Counted from the whole stretch's first letter, positions 49,968 through 63,720 are shown. The stretch: DNA of 63,771 nucleotides, filler included, from Octopus bimaculoides (GCF_001194135.2; 9 parts of 8 records of this genome joined end to end with filler, not necessarily neighbours in it), one strand, 5' to 3'. Numbers and translations are program-made. Notes: generated by a model from the sequence alone, not told the origin.

Positions 49968-51152
49968 CTACCCATATGGTATGTTATTCACCGACATTTT
50001 AAATTTGGATGCATGTCTACATGAATTTAAAAGTTCGAGTCTTTGGTTCAGAGCTTTCTTATCTTGGAATAAGATATGGAACTTTTCCAACAAACACAAC
50101 TCACATTTAATTGGTCTTTTATGGGCACCGTGCCTGTAAGGTGATGCTCTACCTAAAATCTTCCATGTCACGTTGAAAGGTCGGGCTTCGTATTCTTTTA
50201 ATTGCCAGACGTATTTTGCCAGGCTAGTCTTTGTCCTATTTTCTGGATATCTGAAAGAATTTTTGTGCGAATAAAGCCTGGTTTTGAATGAATTTTCCAT
50301 AGCCCCTGTATAAGTTCTATAATCGTGCGAGCCTTCTATCTGGACTTTGGCTCTATACACGATACCTTTTTCTAGACATCTCCCTTCCAACGGACAGGAG
50401 GTTCCATCCTTGCAATTTCAGCTTTTTGTAAACAAGTCATTATTATGGTTTTTGATAATTATCTTGTTGTGCTGGCTAATCAAAGAGGCAAATTTTTTGC
50501 AGCTGATCTTAAGCGTTCTTCTATTGAATATTCTTTAAAACTTATGATCAGGTTGAAAGTGCCTAGAGACTAATTTTAAAAATTCCTTACCTTTATTAGT
50601 TCTTACGGCTATATTGAAAGCTGGGTTGAACCACAAAACTTTCCTAGTCCTAGTTCTATGTGCTGCGTTGCTGCTAGGATTAGACTGGGTGTACTGGATC
50701 CTCTCAGAGAATCCACTATTCCTTAAAGCACTATTATAATAACGTGCTGTGTTATGGAATGTTGCCTCATCTGCAGAAATTGACGATATTTGCCTACCTA
50801 TGTTACTAACTAAGTTTCTAAGAATAACGGGCGAGTGGTTGGATTCTCTGCTAATATATGACAGTTTATCATTAGGCTTACGGTAAGGTTTAAATATATC
50901 TGAATTCAAGTCTAAATTTACATCTAAGAAATCTACTTTTTTAAGGTTAGTATCTATTGTAATCCGCAAGCCTATCCTTTGGAAGAAAGCTATAAAACCC
51001 TTCCTAAGCTTATCTAATTTGTGGCCATTTAAATTCCTGGTGACTATAAGGCCGTCATCCCTATATAATCCTGCGTCTATAAACAGAAATTCTAATTTTA
51101 GATTGTGCAGAATGTAAGCTCCTATAAGCATGCACAACTCAGCCCCGTCATA
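49968..51152 (-). mobile_element. Penelope-like element, RT C-half plus GIY-YIG (probably Hydra-type), pseudogenised
   Basis: Single frame: YDGAELC..GLYRDDGL..VDFLDV..ESNH..WFNP..*..S*NCKDGTSCPLEGRCL..IVYRAKV..YTG..FKTRLYSHKNSF..CELCLLEK..LNQRLEL..CRH; in-frame stops at 50535-50537 and 50418-50420. Confidence 0.9.
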
Positions 51153-51253
51153 TNNNNNNNNNNNNNNNNNNNNNNNNNNNNNNNNNNNNNNNNNNNNTTA
51201 ATTAATTAANNNNNNNNNNNNNNNNNNNNNNNNNNNNNNNNNNNNNNNNNNNN

Positions 51254-51288
<35 letters not shown>

Positions 51289-51425
51289 GTATGTACGTAT
51301 GTTAACTTCCATGTTGTAGTAGAGGCAGCATGTTCTTTGACTACCTCCTTAACTTCTTGGGGATTTTATGTATAATTATACTAATGTGTCCATCTGTTCT
51401 AATTTAATTAAATTCTATGTGTTTG

Positions 51426-51512
51426 TGCAGCTGAAGATTGCTGTGCATTTTAAATAGATGTAATGATTGCATTGTTCAATTAAATGGAGTGGCATGAAAC
51501 GATCGTACTGTA
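51426..51512 (+). ncRNA. Type I hammerhead, long-stem-II family
   Basis: tgcag CTGAAGA(51431-51437) ... GAAA(51496-51499) cgatcg TA ctgta; palindromic stem III ACGATCGT. Confidence 0.7.
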
Positions 51513-52269
51513 TTACCTCAGGACATCCTTGTTGCTTAATTTGATTTTAATCACCCTGCTTTGAAATTGCATGGATAATACCGTACTAAGTTCTGGTGCC
51601 TCAACTTCAGTACCATATTCACATGAATCTAAATTATATATATATATATATATATATTGGAAGGTTTGGGGTGATGTACAGGAATTATATTATAGAAAAA
51701 ATTGATGTACTCAGAAATCTGGATGGTTGTACATTTACAGATTTTTATTAATATGTCACATGTTTTATAAATCATATAAAGCGCTTTTCACCTAATCGTG
51801 TAGGATTTTCAAATTCTTTGATTTCACCTTGCGATGCCGTCTCTTTATATAGTTTTATTGAGTGTGTAGGGGTGGAGAGAGAGATATATAGGATAGTAAG
51901 AGAGGGTGAGGAATAGAGAGAAAAGGGAGAGAGACAGAGTGTGTGTGTTCTTGTCTTGATGTGTGTGTCTGTGTGCGTACATGTGTGTCCATGGGAAAGA
52001 GAAAAGAAGAAAATTGTGTTTATAGCTGGTCAGTTCTTTCAATGTTTATTCTAGGCCTTATATATATATATATATGCGTGTGTGTGTGTGTGTGTGTGTG
52101 TGTGCATGCGTGCGTGTGCGTGCGTGTGTGTGTATGTATGTATGTATGCATGCATGTATATATATATATATATATATACACGCATACATACATACATACA
52201 TATATTTATGTGTGTCTAGGTGCATACATCCTTGTCTAAATATTATAAGTATATACTTTTAAGCATATG

Positions 52270-52371
<102 letters not shown>

Positions 52372-52645
52372 ATGCTTGTATATAAGTATGTATGCAATTA
52401 CGTACTATTACATGGCACTGTCATACTTGATTTTTAATTAAAAAAGCTTAATATTAGGAGAACGTAAACAGCCATTATCCACGTCCCTATCTGGAGTGAA
52501 TTATACGAAAATACGACTATTCTCACAACGTATATTACCTTGTTTCCAATAAACATCAAGCATAGGTATACCCACGAAAAAATATATCTTCTTTCCTGTA
52601 TGGAGCAACACAAATACAGATGCACACGGATATATCTATGCATAT

Positions 52646-52724
<79 letters not shown>

Positions 52725-53054
52725 CTTTTATGTATACTTCTATCTGTATGTACATGCAAATTTCCATATACGTATGTTTCAATATCTTAAGAGAAAAACT
52801 GAGGCAAATATTGCGTTGTCAATGTAAACATTCAACCCCAAAAGAGAAGCTATTTAATTTTATTAAAGAACCATTCAGCGATGGCCTGACTTCACGCAGA
52901 TAACATTTATTCCTTCGCTAACAAAGAGCTTCGCTGAAATTCTTCCTACATTTTACGCTCTTCTTGTTACGCTATCGTTGTTATTGTTGTTGCTGTTGTT
53001 GTCGTTTTTGTTGTTGTTGTTGTTCTTGTTCTTCTTGTTCTTCNNNNNNNNNNC

Positions 53055-53117
53055 TTCTTCTTCTTCTTCTTCTTCTTCTTCTTCTTCTTCTTCTTCTTCT
53101 TCTTCTTCTTCTTCTTT
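53055..53117. repeat. (CTT)n microsatellite; (AGT)n at about 53380-53430
   Basis: Direct observation. Confidence 0.95.
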
Positions 53118-53376
53118 TGCTTTGTTTTGTTTGCTTTCCCTTCTCTCCTTTAAATTCTCTTGTTTTTTTTTTCTTACTGCTTCTTCAGGTGATATTTCAA
53201 ACTATTTCAGCAGGTTACTTTTCACTAATTATCTTCATTAATGACTGACACAGATCTCACGTAAACACTGGATGTGTTGTGTTGAGAAGATATTGGTTTG
53301 CTTATTGATTGATGTGTGTTACATAATACAAGTGAAAACAGGCGCTGCATTAGTAACAGTGCATGTGACGGTATTG

Positions 53377-53432
<56 letters not shown>

Positions 53433-54429
53433 TTTGATGTAGAAGATTGTGAGGGTTATTTAGAGTAGAGATGTAAATAGTTGTTAAAGAATGTGTGTGT
53501 GTGTGTGTTTATACATACATATATACACATACGTCTCTTACATATATGTATATATTTATACATACATATATACACACATACATATATATATATATGTATA
53601 AACATTAGCGACCACACATACTCAATGTATATGCTTTGCTTGTTCGCCGGCTCGCTGCGAAATAGCGAACCTCTGGATAATGGACGTGATTAACACTTTT
53701 AACTCTCAGCCGTTTCTCTTANNNNNNNNNNNNNNNNNNNNNNNNNNNNNNNNNNNNNNNNNNNNTTAATTAATTAANNNNNNNNNNNNNNNNNNNNNNN
53801 NNNNNNNNNNNNNNNNNNNNNTATATATATGTGTGTGTGTGTATGTGTGTGTGTATATGTGTGTGTGTGTATGTAGATATACATGTATGCATTTATGTAT
53901 GTATGTATGTATGTATGCATGTATGCATGCATGTATGTATGCGTGTTGTGTATAAAGGTATATATGTATGTGTCTTGTTTGTTTATCTATATATGCTTGT
54001 ATATATGCATGACTGTGTGAGTATATGTATGCATTTTGTATGTGTGTGTATTTAAAAATGTGTGTTTAGGTCCTGGGAGTCAGCGAGGGAACAACTACGT
54101 GGTTGTTCGTTCGACAAGAAAAAGCAGCTAAATCTCTTCTAAAGTATATCTCACTAAAGGACACATTGGATAACCTGCTCCTGGATATACTGGATACCGG
54201 AAAACAAGTCGGAATGGTTACGACTGGATTGTCTTTGATCATAGATTTGATCAGTCAGGGTTGATCTGGGATAAAAAAAAACAAAAAAACAAAAACAAAT
54301 TGTTCTGGTTATTGTTAGGAGAAAGACAATATCTAATCTGTTTCCACAGCGTCTGTCTATCAATCTGTCTAACAATCTATTTGTCTATTTATCTATCCGT
54401 CAACAGGTTTAACAATGGTTATCTATTTG

Positions 54430-54765
54430 TCTATCTCAGAATCCATCTCAGCAGTCATTTGCACATTATTGCAATCTTAACAGTATGTGCATGGAACGAT
54501 GTATCATTGATCATATTGATCTGCAGGTAAACACGACTCTGACACTGGGATTGTAGTCTTTCCTGTGTTTTCTGACTGCGATGTGTTCTCGTATAATAGC
54601 GGAGTGCTTGACATTTACCAGCACTAAATTTCTAGTTTTCTTCAGTACAGATCGTGTTCAGAAACTGCACTAACTTTATGATATCATCAGGGTTCTCATT
54701 GTTTGTGATACTTAGGTACTGTCAGTACAAGGTGTACTGTCAGTACAAGAAGGTATAAGTGAGGG
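54430..54765 (-). mobile_element. CR1-like LINE RT remnant, downstream part
   Basis: NPDDIIKLVQFLNTICTEEN*KFSAGKCQALRY..NDTSFHAHTVKIAIMCK*LLRWILR. Confidence 0.6.
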
Positions 54766-54769
54766 TATA

Positions 54770-56049
54770 CGAGGGGGTCCCCAAAAGATACTGGAATTTT
54801 GCAATATTATTTTATTCACTTGGTTTTACATGTTTATACTTTTATCGCCTTCAAAGTATTCCCTATTTGAAGTAATGCATCAGTCCAGACGCATTTTCCA
54901 CAGTTCGAAGCAACTCTGGAACTCTTGCAAAGTGATACCTTTTAACGCCTCTATCGTTTTTATTCTTCATCTCTTCCACATCTGCAAAACGTTTTCCTTT
55001 AAGGACTCTTTTCAAAAAAAAACTGTAGGGAGCAAGACCGGGTGAATAGGGAGGGTGGGTTAACGAGGTCATGCCATTTTTGGTCAGAAACTGTCTCACA
55101 CTCAAGGCGGCGTGTGCAGGAGCATCGTCGTGATGAAATCGTCACTCTCCGCTTTGCCACAGGTCGTGGCGTTTTTGTCTTACCGCATCGCGCAAACGCT
55201 TCGGAACTGCCAAGTAAAATATCAGGTTAACAGTTTGACCAGGAGGAACAAATTCTGTGTGGAGAATTTCCTTTTGCATTGATGAAACAAATCAGCATCA
55301 TTTTGACATTGGACTTCACTTGACGCGCTTTTGGGAGACGTGGTAATATTGAATGCTTCCATTGACTTGATTGCTGCTTCGTTTCGAGTTGTAGCCATAG
55401 CAGTAACTTTCGTCACCCGTGATGACCTTTGAAAAAAGGTCCAGATTAACTTCCAACTGTTCTTTTAGTTCACAACACTCATTTAGTCATGACTACTTTT
55501 GATCTGTGAACAAATGAGGCAAAAATTTTGCTGCAACTCTTTTCATTCGCAATTCCTCGTTCAAAATTCTTTGGCAGAAGCTCCAGAACACACCAGTCAT
55601 ATCAACATGTTCCGCGATAGTCCTCCAAGATCAGTTCATGAATTTTCGTGATGTTTTTTCATTCGTTCGGGAGGTCGACAGTCGTCCTAAACGAGGTTGG
55701 CCTTCAAGCGACAAGCGACAATTCCTAAAGCATGGAAACCACTCGTAACCTTGTGTTTTGCTCATGGCAGCGTCCTTGTAAGCTGTTAGAAGAATAACAG
55801 CTGTTTCGACCGCCGTTTTCCCAAGCAGAAAACAGAATTTCACAGAAGCCGTTCCAGCCATCGCAAAAATCGACGAACAAGGGAGAAGCACTGCAAGACA
55901 AAGACGTACAACGCGACAGTACGACCTCCGCAGACGACGCCGGTCGGCAGACATGCCTCAGGGTCACATCAAATGGCCACTTGAGGCGGAAGCCTTAACT
56001 ACTACGAACTTGTCCTACAGAGACCATTTCCGGTTACTTTTGGGCATCC
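54770..56049 (-). mobile_element. Mariner (Mos1/Hsmar-like) transposon, decayed near-full-length
   Basis: ASVKFCFLLGKTAVET..AMSKTQGYEWF..QPRLGRLSTSRT; SVRQFLTKN..HPPYSPGLAP..LKGKRFADVEE; left TIR TA-cgagggggtccccaaaagatactggaa, right remnant ttccggttacttttgggcatcc. Confidence 0.9.
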
Positions 56050-56054
56050 AGCAG

Positions 56055-56310
56055 CATCCCAGTGAGACAATATGAACTATTACAGGCCCAAAACATTTCT
56101 TTGAAGGCTTTCACTCGGAATTAATGTTTCCTTCGAGAGAGTACCGTTGTCTCTCAGAAAGTCATGCAGCTATTCTCCCAGTTTATCAGCTAGATCAAGT
56201 AAACGCAGTTTATGACAAATTCAGTGAACGAATTTATTGAAGATCTTCTTCGCCTTGTCGAAGGCCTTCGCATTATCAATGGAATATAGGGAGACAATAC
56301 AACTGATATG
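56055..56310 (-). mobile_element. CR1-like LINE RT remnant, upstream part
   Basis: IDNAKAFDKA..ICHKLRLLDLADKLGE*LHDFLRD-NGTLSKET..LG. Confidence 0.7.
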
Positions 56311-56479
56311 CTTCTCTGCCTGTCTACCCGAGACTTTGTCTATATATGTATGTATGTATGTAGGTAGGCAGAAAGGTAGGTAGATAGGTAGGTTGGTATG
56401 TAGGTATGTAAGTATGTGTGTATGAAAACAATATGTGAGAATATGTCATATTCTCCAGTGTCCATAAGGCAGCAAGTAA

Positions 56480-56513
<34 letters not shown>

Positions 56514-56613
56514 NNNNNNNNNNNNNNNNNNNNNNNNNNNNNNNNNNNNNNNNNNNNTTAATTAATTAANNNNNNNNNNNNNNNNNNNNNNNNNNNNNNN
56601 NNNNNNNNNNNNN

Positions 56614-56650
<37 letters not shown>

Positions 56651-57549
56651 GCATATATATATGCATATATGTGTGTGTGTGCGTGTGTGTGTGTGTGTGT
56701 ATAATGACGCGGAATTGTAATGGTTTTTGCTCGATAACTGTTGAGCGTGTCCACGTCTTCTGTGTATGTGTTCCTTGTATGTGTGTGTGTGTGTGTGCGC
56801 GCATGTAGGCATATTCATTTTTAAAAACATGGTACTTACTCTAATACGTCATTTTTGCCGAACCGATAAGAAATTGGAACGTAAACAAACCGACAACGGT
56901 TGTAAAGCAGTGGTAGGGGAAAACACAATAATACAAACATACGTTCAAACATGCATATGGACATACATGCATACTTACATACACGCACACATACATACAC
57001 ACATTTATATGTACACACACACACACACCCACACACATATATATAGATATATGCACGCATACGTACACACGACGTTTACTATACAGCAACGCCTGCGCCT
57101 ATGTACGGGGATTTATGCTTAGAAAAATATACAATCAGTAAGATAACTTTAAAGAAATCCTTTTGATAGAATTTAACACATTTAATTACCAGTCCTTCAG
57201 TTTAGCACGCAACATTTATTTTTGTCTCTTATATTAAAATATTTAGTGGATGGTGAATTCTAAAGTCGTGTCCAAATTGTTTGTCATTGGCTTGAATTAG
57301 GCATCTCTTTCAGCGTTGTATTTTATATTCTGGTTTCACTGGAAAGCAAAAGTCTAAAGAAAAAAAATCACGTAATCCTGTGAACGTAAAATGTGAACTT
57401 GTAAGCCAGTTAGAGTCTGGTGCTTCGGTAACGGGGGTATTGGGAACAGTACGGAACATACGCAAAAATTCCTCCCAAGATTTTTAAAAATATATATTAT
57501 TGATGCATAATCTAAATCGACTGTATCCGTTCGTTGCATTGTTGGTGTA

Positions 57550-58510
57550 ATGAACAGAATGAGTGTTGCAAAATACACAAATTTGGAGGAAGCTGTAATC
57601 TAGTGGTTTATTCATTAATGATCGTGTGGCAACAATGTCGGTGACGTAGAAACTCGAAGTGCTACAACCAAGATAATATTTCAAATATTTCAAAGCTAGT
57701 GACAGGTAGTTATAGTGTTTTAGAAATCGCTATGAAAATAAATCATAAAATTGCCCGTGGTGAAGCGGAAGCAAAACAATCGAAGAATTCAGACCATACA
57801 GGAAAAGGTTAAATGACACTGATGTAAAGGCTCCCGATTTTCAAAGTATGTGATGGAAATAAACAGGGTTGTATAGGTGGTACCTAACCTGGAATATTCG
57901 AGCTTTTAAGAACGAAACCAACACTTCTGGTAATTTAAGTGAGGAACATTTGTCGGATATGTGTAGTGTGAATGTAGACGGTATGCATCTTTCAAAGTTA
58001 TAGGTGATAAAAGACCAGCAAGTCTGCGACTTTTCAAATACATGACACACTAGTGTATCAGTGTATTATTACCGTTTCAATAATATCTTGCTTCAACAAG
58101 CATATCTTTAATGTGTTTTTTCGTTGGCGTTTTATGCTTGCAGTGCTTAAATTCCAGAAATATGTCTTCAAATTTCTGCTGGTGATTTGAGGATGGCATT
58201 AATTTTTGATAATGCACACCTGCTCACCCAGGTTTCACCAAATTGTTAGTTATGATAGTGAAATAGGGTGCATATTTTTGCAACTCACTTATTACGTTTA
58301 TCTTCCAGCTAATGGGTCAAGATATAATTGTAACCAACAAAAATATTTGGACGAAAGATTCGTGGTTATAACAATGGTGATTTTCGCAAAGACACGATGA
58401 CAAAGAACTCTGGTTAACATCAAGAGACACACACAACATTAAGTCTGCAATCTTAAATTTAGTAACTTCGTGGAAGCATTGTCTTCCAAGCATTGACTAC
58501 CAATGTAGAC
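57550..58510 (+). mobile_element. Tigger/pogo (CENP-B HTH + DDE_1) transposase remnant
   Basis: YTNLEEAVI*WF..FKASD..RGEA..TGLY..IRAFKNE..ALIFDNA..LVSYD.EIGCIFL across several frames. Confidence 0.6.
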
Positions 58511-59791
58511 AATGCTTGAAAAAGAGAATTAAAAAAAAACAATTCTGTACAAAGTGCACGTAGAATAAGATTTTAAAGGATTCGAGACATGTGATTTTCA
58601 TTATATATTTCAGAAGGAAGACAGGCGAAATAGATGTCAGATAAAACGGCGCCAGGTAACCCCTGGACATTAAGTGTTACCGAAAGAAAAAATAGCGGAG
58701 AAATTCTCGTTGGCGACAACAGAGATCATAAAGATGTTGAATAAAATGAAACATGACTAAACAACTTAAGCATTCTGTTATACGAGAAACTACTGAAACA
58801 CTTTATAACAATATATCGTACATTGACTCCTTAGGATCTTAAGGATATACATTGTTATGAATTGGCTTTAGTACATAAACAACTCAAATTCGACTCGTAC
58901 TTTGAGTCAATTTGTTCCAACACACTTTTGACTAAGGTCATTGAGAATATAGATGACCGAACTAATGCTAAATAAGAAATAATTTTCATTGATCTCAGGT
59001 TTCGACGATGGGATGGAAGGACCAGTAGATGATTATACCTCTAATTACTAAAAATTACAAAGGATTACTTCCTACTATAAATCCACCTTTACCAAATCAA
59101 GTTCAACTGTTATCAACGACAGGTATGATTTTGCAGTATAATTTTAAAATCCTTTTTACTTGAAAATTTAAATAAACTTATAAAATATATCTTTATATTT
59201 AGAACGCAAATTGAAGCATCGAGAAATATATAAGATTTTATTGAAAGTGTGTCTGGAAACAAATTCAAAAATAATAAGTTGAAAACATCTGAAATCCCTC
59301 CAAGACACATTGCTAACGATGCCATATGAATTGACGTTTGTAGTTTCTTTGGTATGTTTGTTCCAAAACAATACTTATTTTAGTGCTGTTGACACCGCCA
59401 GACTGAATGTTACTGCCAAGAAGTCGACACCATAATGATATCCGTGGGGCAGCTTATGATGGAGGTGTGTTGGATTGTTGGTATTGCTGCTTTTCGAATG
59501 TGGAATAGTATTATAAAACATCCTTTTGATATATATATATAATATTTTGACTTCTATTTTTAGCGATGCAGGGGCTCATGTAGTACTTTGTATACATATC
59601 TTATATATATTTTATTAATTTGCCTGTACGGCTTAGACTCACAGCCACCAACGATGATATTTTAAAAATATTATCGTTCTCATATTTATACATATATAAT
59701 TTCACGCTTTCGTTTGTTTAAATGGTGTTTGACCACTCCAAATGAACTTACAGGCATGGTAAGGGCAAATTCTAATAGCTATCCCTGTCCG

Positions 59792-59850
59792 ATTTGGCTG
59801 AGGAGATTCGGGCACCATTTGATGGTAAATTCGAAATCATGACATCAAAT
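59792..59850 (+). ncRNA. Type I hammerhead with one core substitution (U16.1>C)
   Basis: atttgg CTGAGGA(59798-59804) stem II with accat/atggt, GAAA(59833-59836) tcatga CA tcaaat. Confidence 0.6.
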
Positions 59851-60055
59851 AAACTAGCATTCCCCTTGCAGACTTGACAGAGGTAGAACGCTAATCTTGT
59901 TCATTAAAATTTTTACTCATCATGCCTGTATTAATTTTGTGAATTTTCCGTGGCTGCTCACAGCCACCAACGATGGTATTTTAAAAATGTTATAGTTCTC
60001 ATATATATANNNNNNNNNNNNNNNNNNNNNNNNNNNNNNNNNNNNNNNNNNNNNN

Positions 60056-60106
<51 letters not shown>

Positions 60107-60440
60107 TGCATGTATGTATGTGTGTGTGTAAAATATTGCACTCCATATTAGTGTTTTCTTGATTTTCAGGTATGTAGTCACATTAACATTCATATTGAAT
60201 TCTATTACCGTGGAACCTGATAGCAGGTTCTCAGTTGGAGTGCCTGGCGTGAGATCCGCTTGAGATTTTCTATTTCATATATATATATATGTATATATAT
60301 ATCAATTAAATTTTAGGATAAAATTTATATAATATTTTATCAAGAAGCCAGCATGTAAAACCAATTAAGGTAAAAATTAATACGAGGTATATAATTTTAT
60401 AAACACAATATTATAGTAAGGGCAGTTTTACGAGAAGTAA

Positions 60441-60813
60441 AGCCACACGCTGGAAATAAACGCCAAAGGTCCTAAGCTACTTTATCAAATGTACGCACGA
60501 GCTGAAATTGAGGGAATGGACAAGGAAAAACATTTTTTCAAAAAGCTTAGTCATATATCGAAACGATTTCAAGGTTTGCGTGGTAATACACTCACCTTTT
60601 ATCATGCATGCAAGATTGCACATGTAAGTATGTATACACCTGCTGACATACTGATGAAAGAGGAGTGTATTACCAAGCTAACCTTGAAATCGTTTCGATA
60701 TATGACTTTTTCAAAAATATTTTTCTTCTTTCATTTCCTCGATTTCAGCGCATATATATATATATTTGATAAAGTAGCTTAGGACCTTTGGCATCTATTT
60801 CCAGCTTGTGGCT
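60441..60813. mobile_element. Foldback MITE with ~155-bp arms
   Basis: agccacacgctggaaata..tttatcaaat vs atttgataaag..ccagcttgtggct (50 bp, 3 mismatches); gtcatatatcgaaacgatttcaagg is perfectly inverted at about 60683-60707. Confidence 0.85.
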
Positions 60814-61437
60814 GTGCGTGCGTGTGTGTATATGTGTGCTTCCATGTCTGTGTGCAGGAAAAATCTTAACGCTCCAGACGGGAAAAACAGGTAAAGTGTA
60901 ATGTTACAAAGGGCATACGGGTGTAAAAATATCGCTTTCCTTATTCGCACACGTCTAGCATCTGCTGGAAAAAAGAATGAGTGAATATATTTGTGTGTGT
61001 GTTTGTGAACGAATATATCTGTGCGAATGATCGATCCCAGCTAACGTTACTCAGACAAAATGAATCCAACCATGGCTGCAGGTCGACAGAAATCTTGCAG
61101 ATGGTAAAAGGAAATACAGTAGAGGCCCATAAAATTTCTACTGAACGAAGAACTAATGTCGCAAACCTGAATTATTAATAGAAGCCCTATCATTATTCAG
61201 TGAGCACTTTTGTGAGTTATTTTACCAAAATCAGTTGAAATATACTCCGTTGAGTCAATGCAGACATTTTTTATCACATAATTATACACACTCACAAACA
61301 CACATACATACACATACATGCATATATATATATATATATGCATGTATACATACTACTTGTGTGTGTCTGACTGTCTGTATGAATACACATACAGACACAC
61401 AGACGGAGACACACACACACGCAAATACACACACACA

Positions 61438-61491
<54 letters not shown>

Positions 61492-62149
61492 NNNNNNNNN
61501 NNNNNNNNNNNNNNNNNNNNNNNNNNNNNNNNNNNNNNNNNNNNNNNNNNNNNNNNNNNNNNNNNNNNNNNNNNNNNNNNNNNNNNNNNNNNNNNNNNNN
61601 NNNNNNNNNNNNNNNNNNNNNNNNNNNNNNNNNNNNNNNNNNNNNNNNNNNNNNNNNNNNNNNNNNNNNNNNNNNNNNNNNNNNNNNNNNNNNNNNNNNN
61701 NNNNNNNNNNNNNNNNNNNNNNNNNNNNNNNNNNNNNNNNNNNNNNNNNNNNNNNNNNNNNNNNNNNNNNNNNNNNNNNNNNNNNNNNNNNNNNNNNNNN
61801 NNNNNNNNNNNNNNNNNNNNNNNNNNNNNNNNNNNNNNNNNNNNNNNNNNNNNNNNNNNNNNNNNNNNNNNNNNNNNNNNNNNNNNNNNNNNNNNNNNNN
61901 NNNNNNNNNNNNNNNNNNNNNNNNNNNNNNNNCCTGGAATTCTTCTCCTTCCAGCCCCGTTGCCAGTCTACTATAGTGCTACAATTTACCGATCACTATA
62001 CAGAACCTAGTAGAGAATACCATTCCCTCGCTTCCTTGACCAATTGGTAGTCGAGGTATGTCTAAAAACTGGCAAAATATATTAGCAATAACTCATTCAT
62101 TCCTGGAGCTGTTTTCTCCGCAGACACACAAACACACCGACCCATACTC

Positions 62150-62248
<99 letters not shown>

Positions 62249-62439
62249 ACACGCAAGCGAGAACATGCACAAGCGTAGATATTCACTTACGTGCAGAGAA
62301 CTACACACTGGCATAAGCATAGACACATATATATGCACATATGCTTGTTCAAGTACGAAAGTGTTCACAAAACATGCATTTCTCGAGATTGTGTGCGTCA
62401 AAATGTGCATACAAACAAAGGTATGATGGAATATGTATG

Positions 62440-62519
<80 letters not shown>

Positions 62520-62629
62520 NNNNNNNNNNNNNNNNNNNNNNNNNNNNNNNNNNNNNNNNNNNNTTAATTAATTAANNNNNNNNNNNNNNNNNNNNNNNNN
62601 NNNNNNNNNNNNNNNNNNNAATGAAATGG

Positions 62630-62990
62630 AGAGAATCAATCAATCTAAATTAAATTGTTTATTATGGTCTTTTAGATACCAAATTAACTGTTGCGTTTAT
62701 TACTATCCCTAAATGTAGAGAAATGATTAGAAATTCTTTTCGATAACTGAGAAGAAGAACCACCTATATAAAAAAAAGACATTGGTACCTGAAGTAATTT
62801 TACACTGGTATATATTGTTTTTAATATTAGAATTACTAGACATAAACTTAATTCTGTTGGAATTGACTTCAGAGACAATAAGCTTGTTATTAATATTTCA
62901 ACCATATGCCATAAATGGCCTTTCTGTAAAAGTTTTTCTCTGACAGCAGTTTAATATTTTCCAGATGCCTTTAGCTAGGCCGAAACAATG
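62630..62990 (-). mobile_element. PLE GIY-YIG fragment of the 49968-51152 type
   Basis: NNIYQCKITSGTNVFFYIGGSSSQLSKRISNHFSTFRDSNKRNS*..WYLKDHNKQFNL. Confidence 0.65.
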
Positions 62991-63398
62991 TCTTCACCAC
63001 TTGACCCTTTCTAACCTCTTCTACATCACCAAAATCTAGAATAGAGATAACAAGACCACCAACTAAATCTATTGTTCTCAATAATACATCTATCCTTCTG
63101 GATTGTTATAAAAGCGAGGAAACCCCAAGAAAAATTTAGTTTAGTACCAGTCGGTGACGACTCAATGAGAACGAAGTCTGGCTGACCAGCTAGAACCTTG
63201 GCTAGAAAGAAAAATGAAGTTTACTGCCAGCAGCTATGAGACACAACGTCCCACACTCTACAACTTTCACTAGCTAAGTTCCTTTTCTCAGTAACATAAC
63301 CCCATCTTTAGCTGTTTACTACTACAAGAACGTGTACACACATATACAGGCCGAAATTAACTTTCTTTACCTTGCATGCTTTACGAACTGTGTTATAC

Positions 63399-63720
63399 TA
63401 TTACAGTAACCTACCCGTCGTGGTATGGCATTTATTAAAGTAACGGTAAATAAATATTTCTTTTCCACTTCGATCACTGTTCATCATATAACCTATTACA
63501 ATCGGTAACTACACAAAATTATCATCGCTACAACTAAAAACCTTTATCGTTACAATTGGTGACCCTCCGACTCTAACAAACAACCATTACAATTGGTCCT
63601 CCGACTCTAACATAAAACCGTTACAAATGGTAACCTCCGACTCTAACATTCAACCGTTACATATTATTACACTAACCGACCCGTCGTGATATGGCATTTA
63701 TTAAAGTAACGGTAAATAAA
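63399..63720. repeat. 56-bp direct repeats 266 bp apart enclosing a 34-36-bp tandem repeat
   Basis: tattaca.taacc.acccgtcgtg.tatggcatttattaaagtaacggtaaataaa at 63399 and 63665; ctccgactctaaca at 63565, 63599, 63635. Confidence 0.9.
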
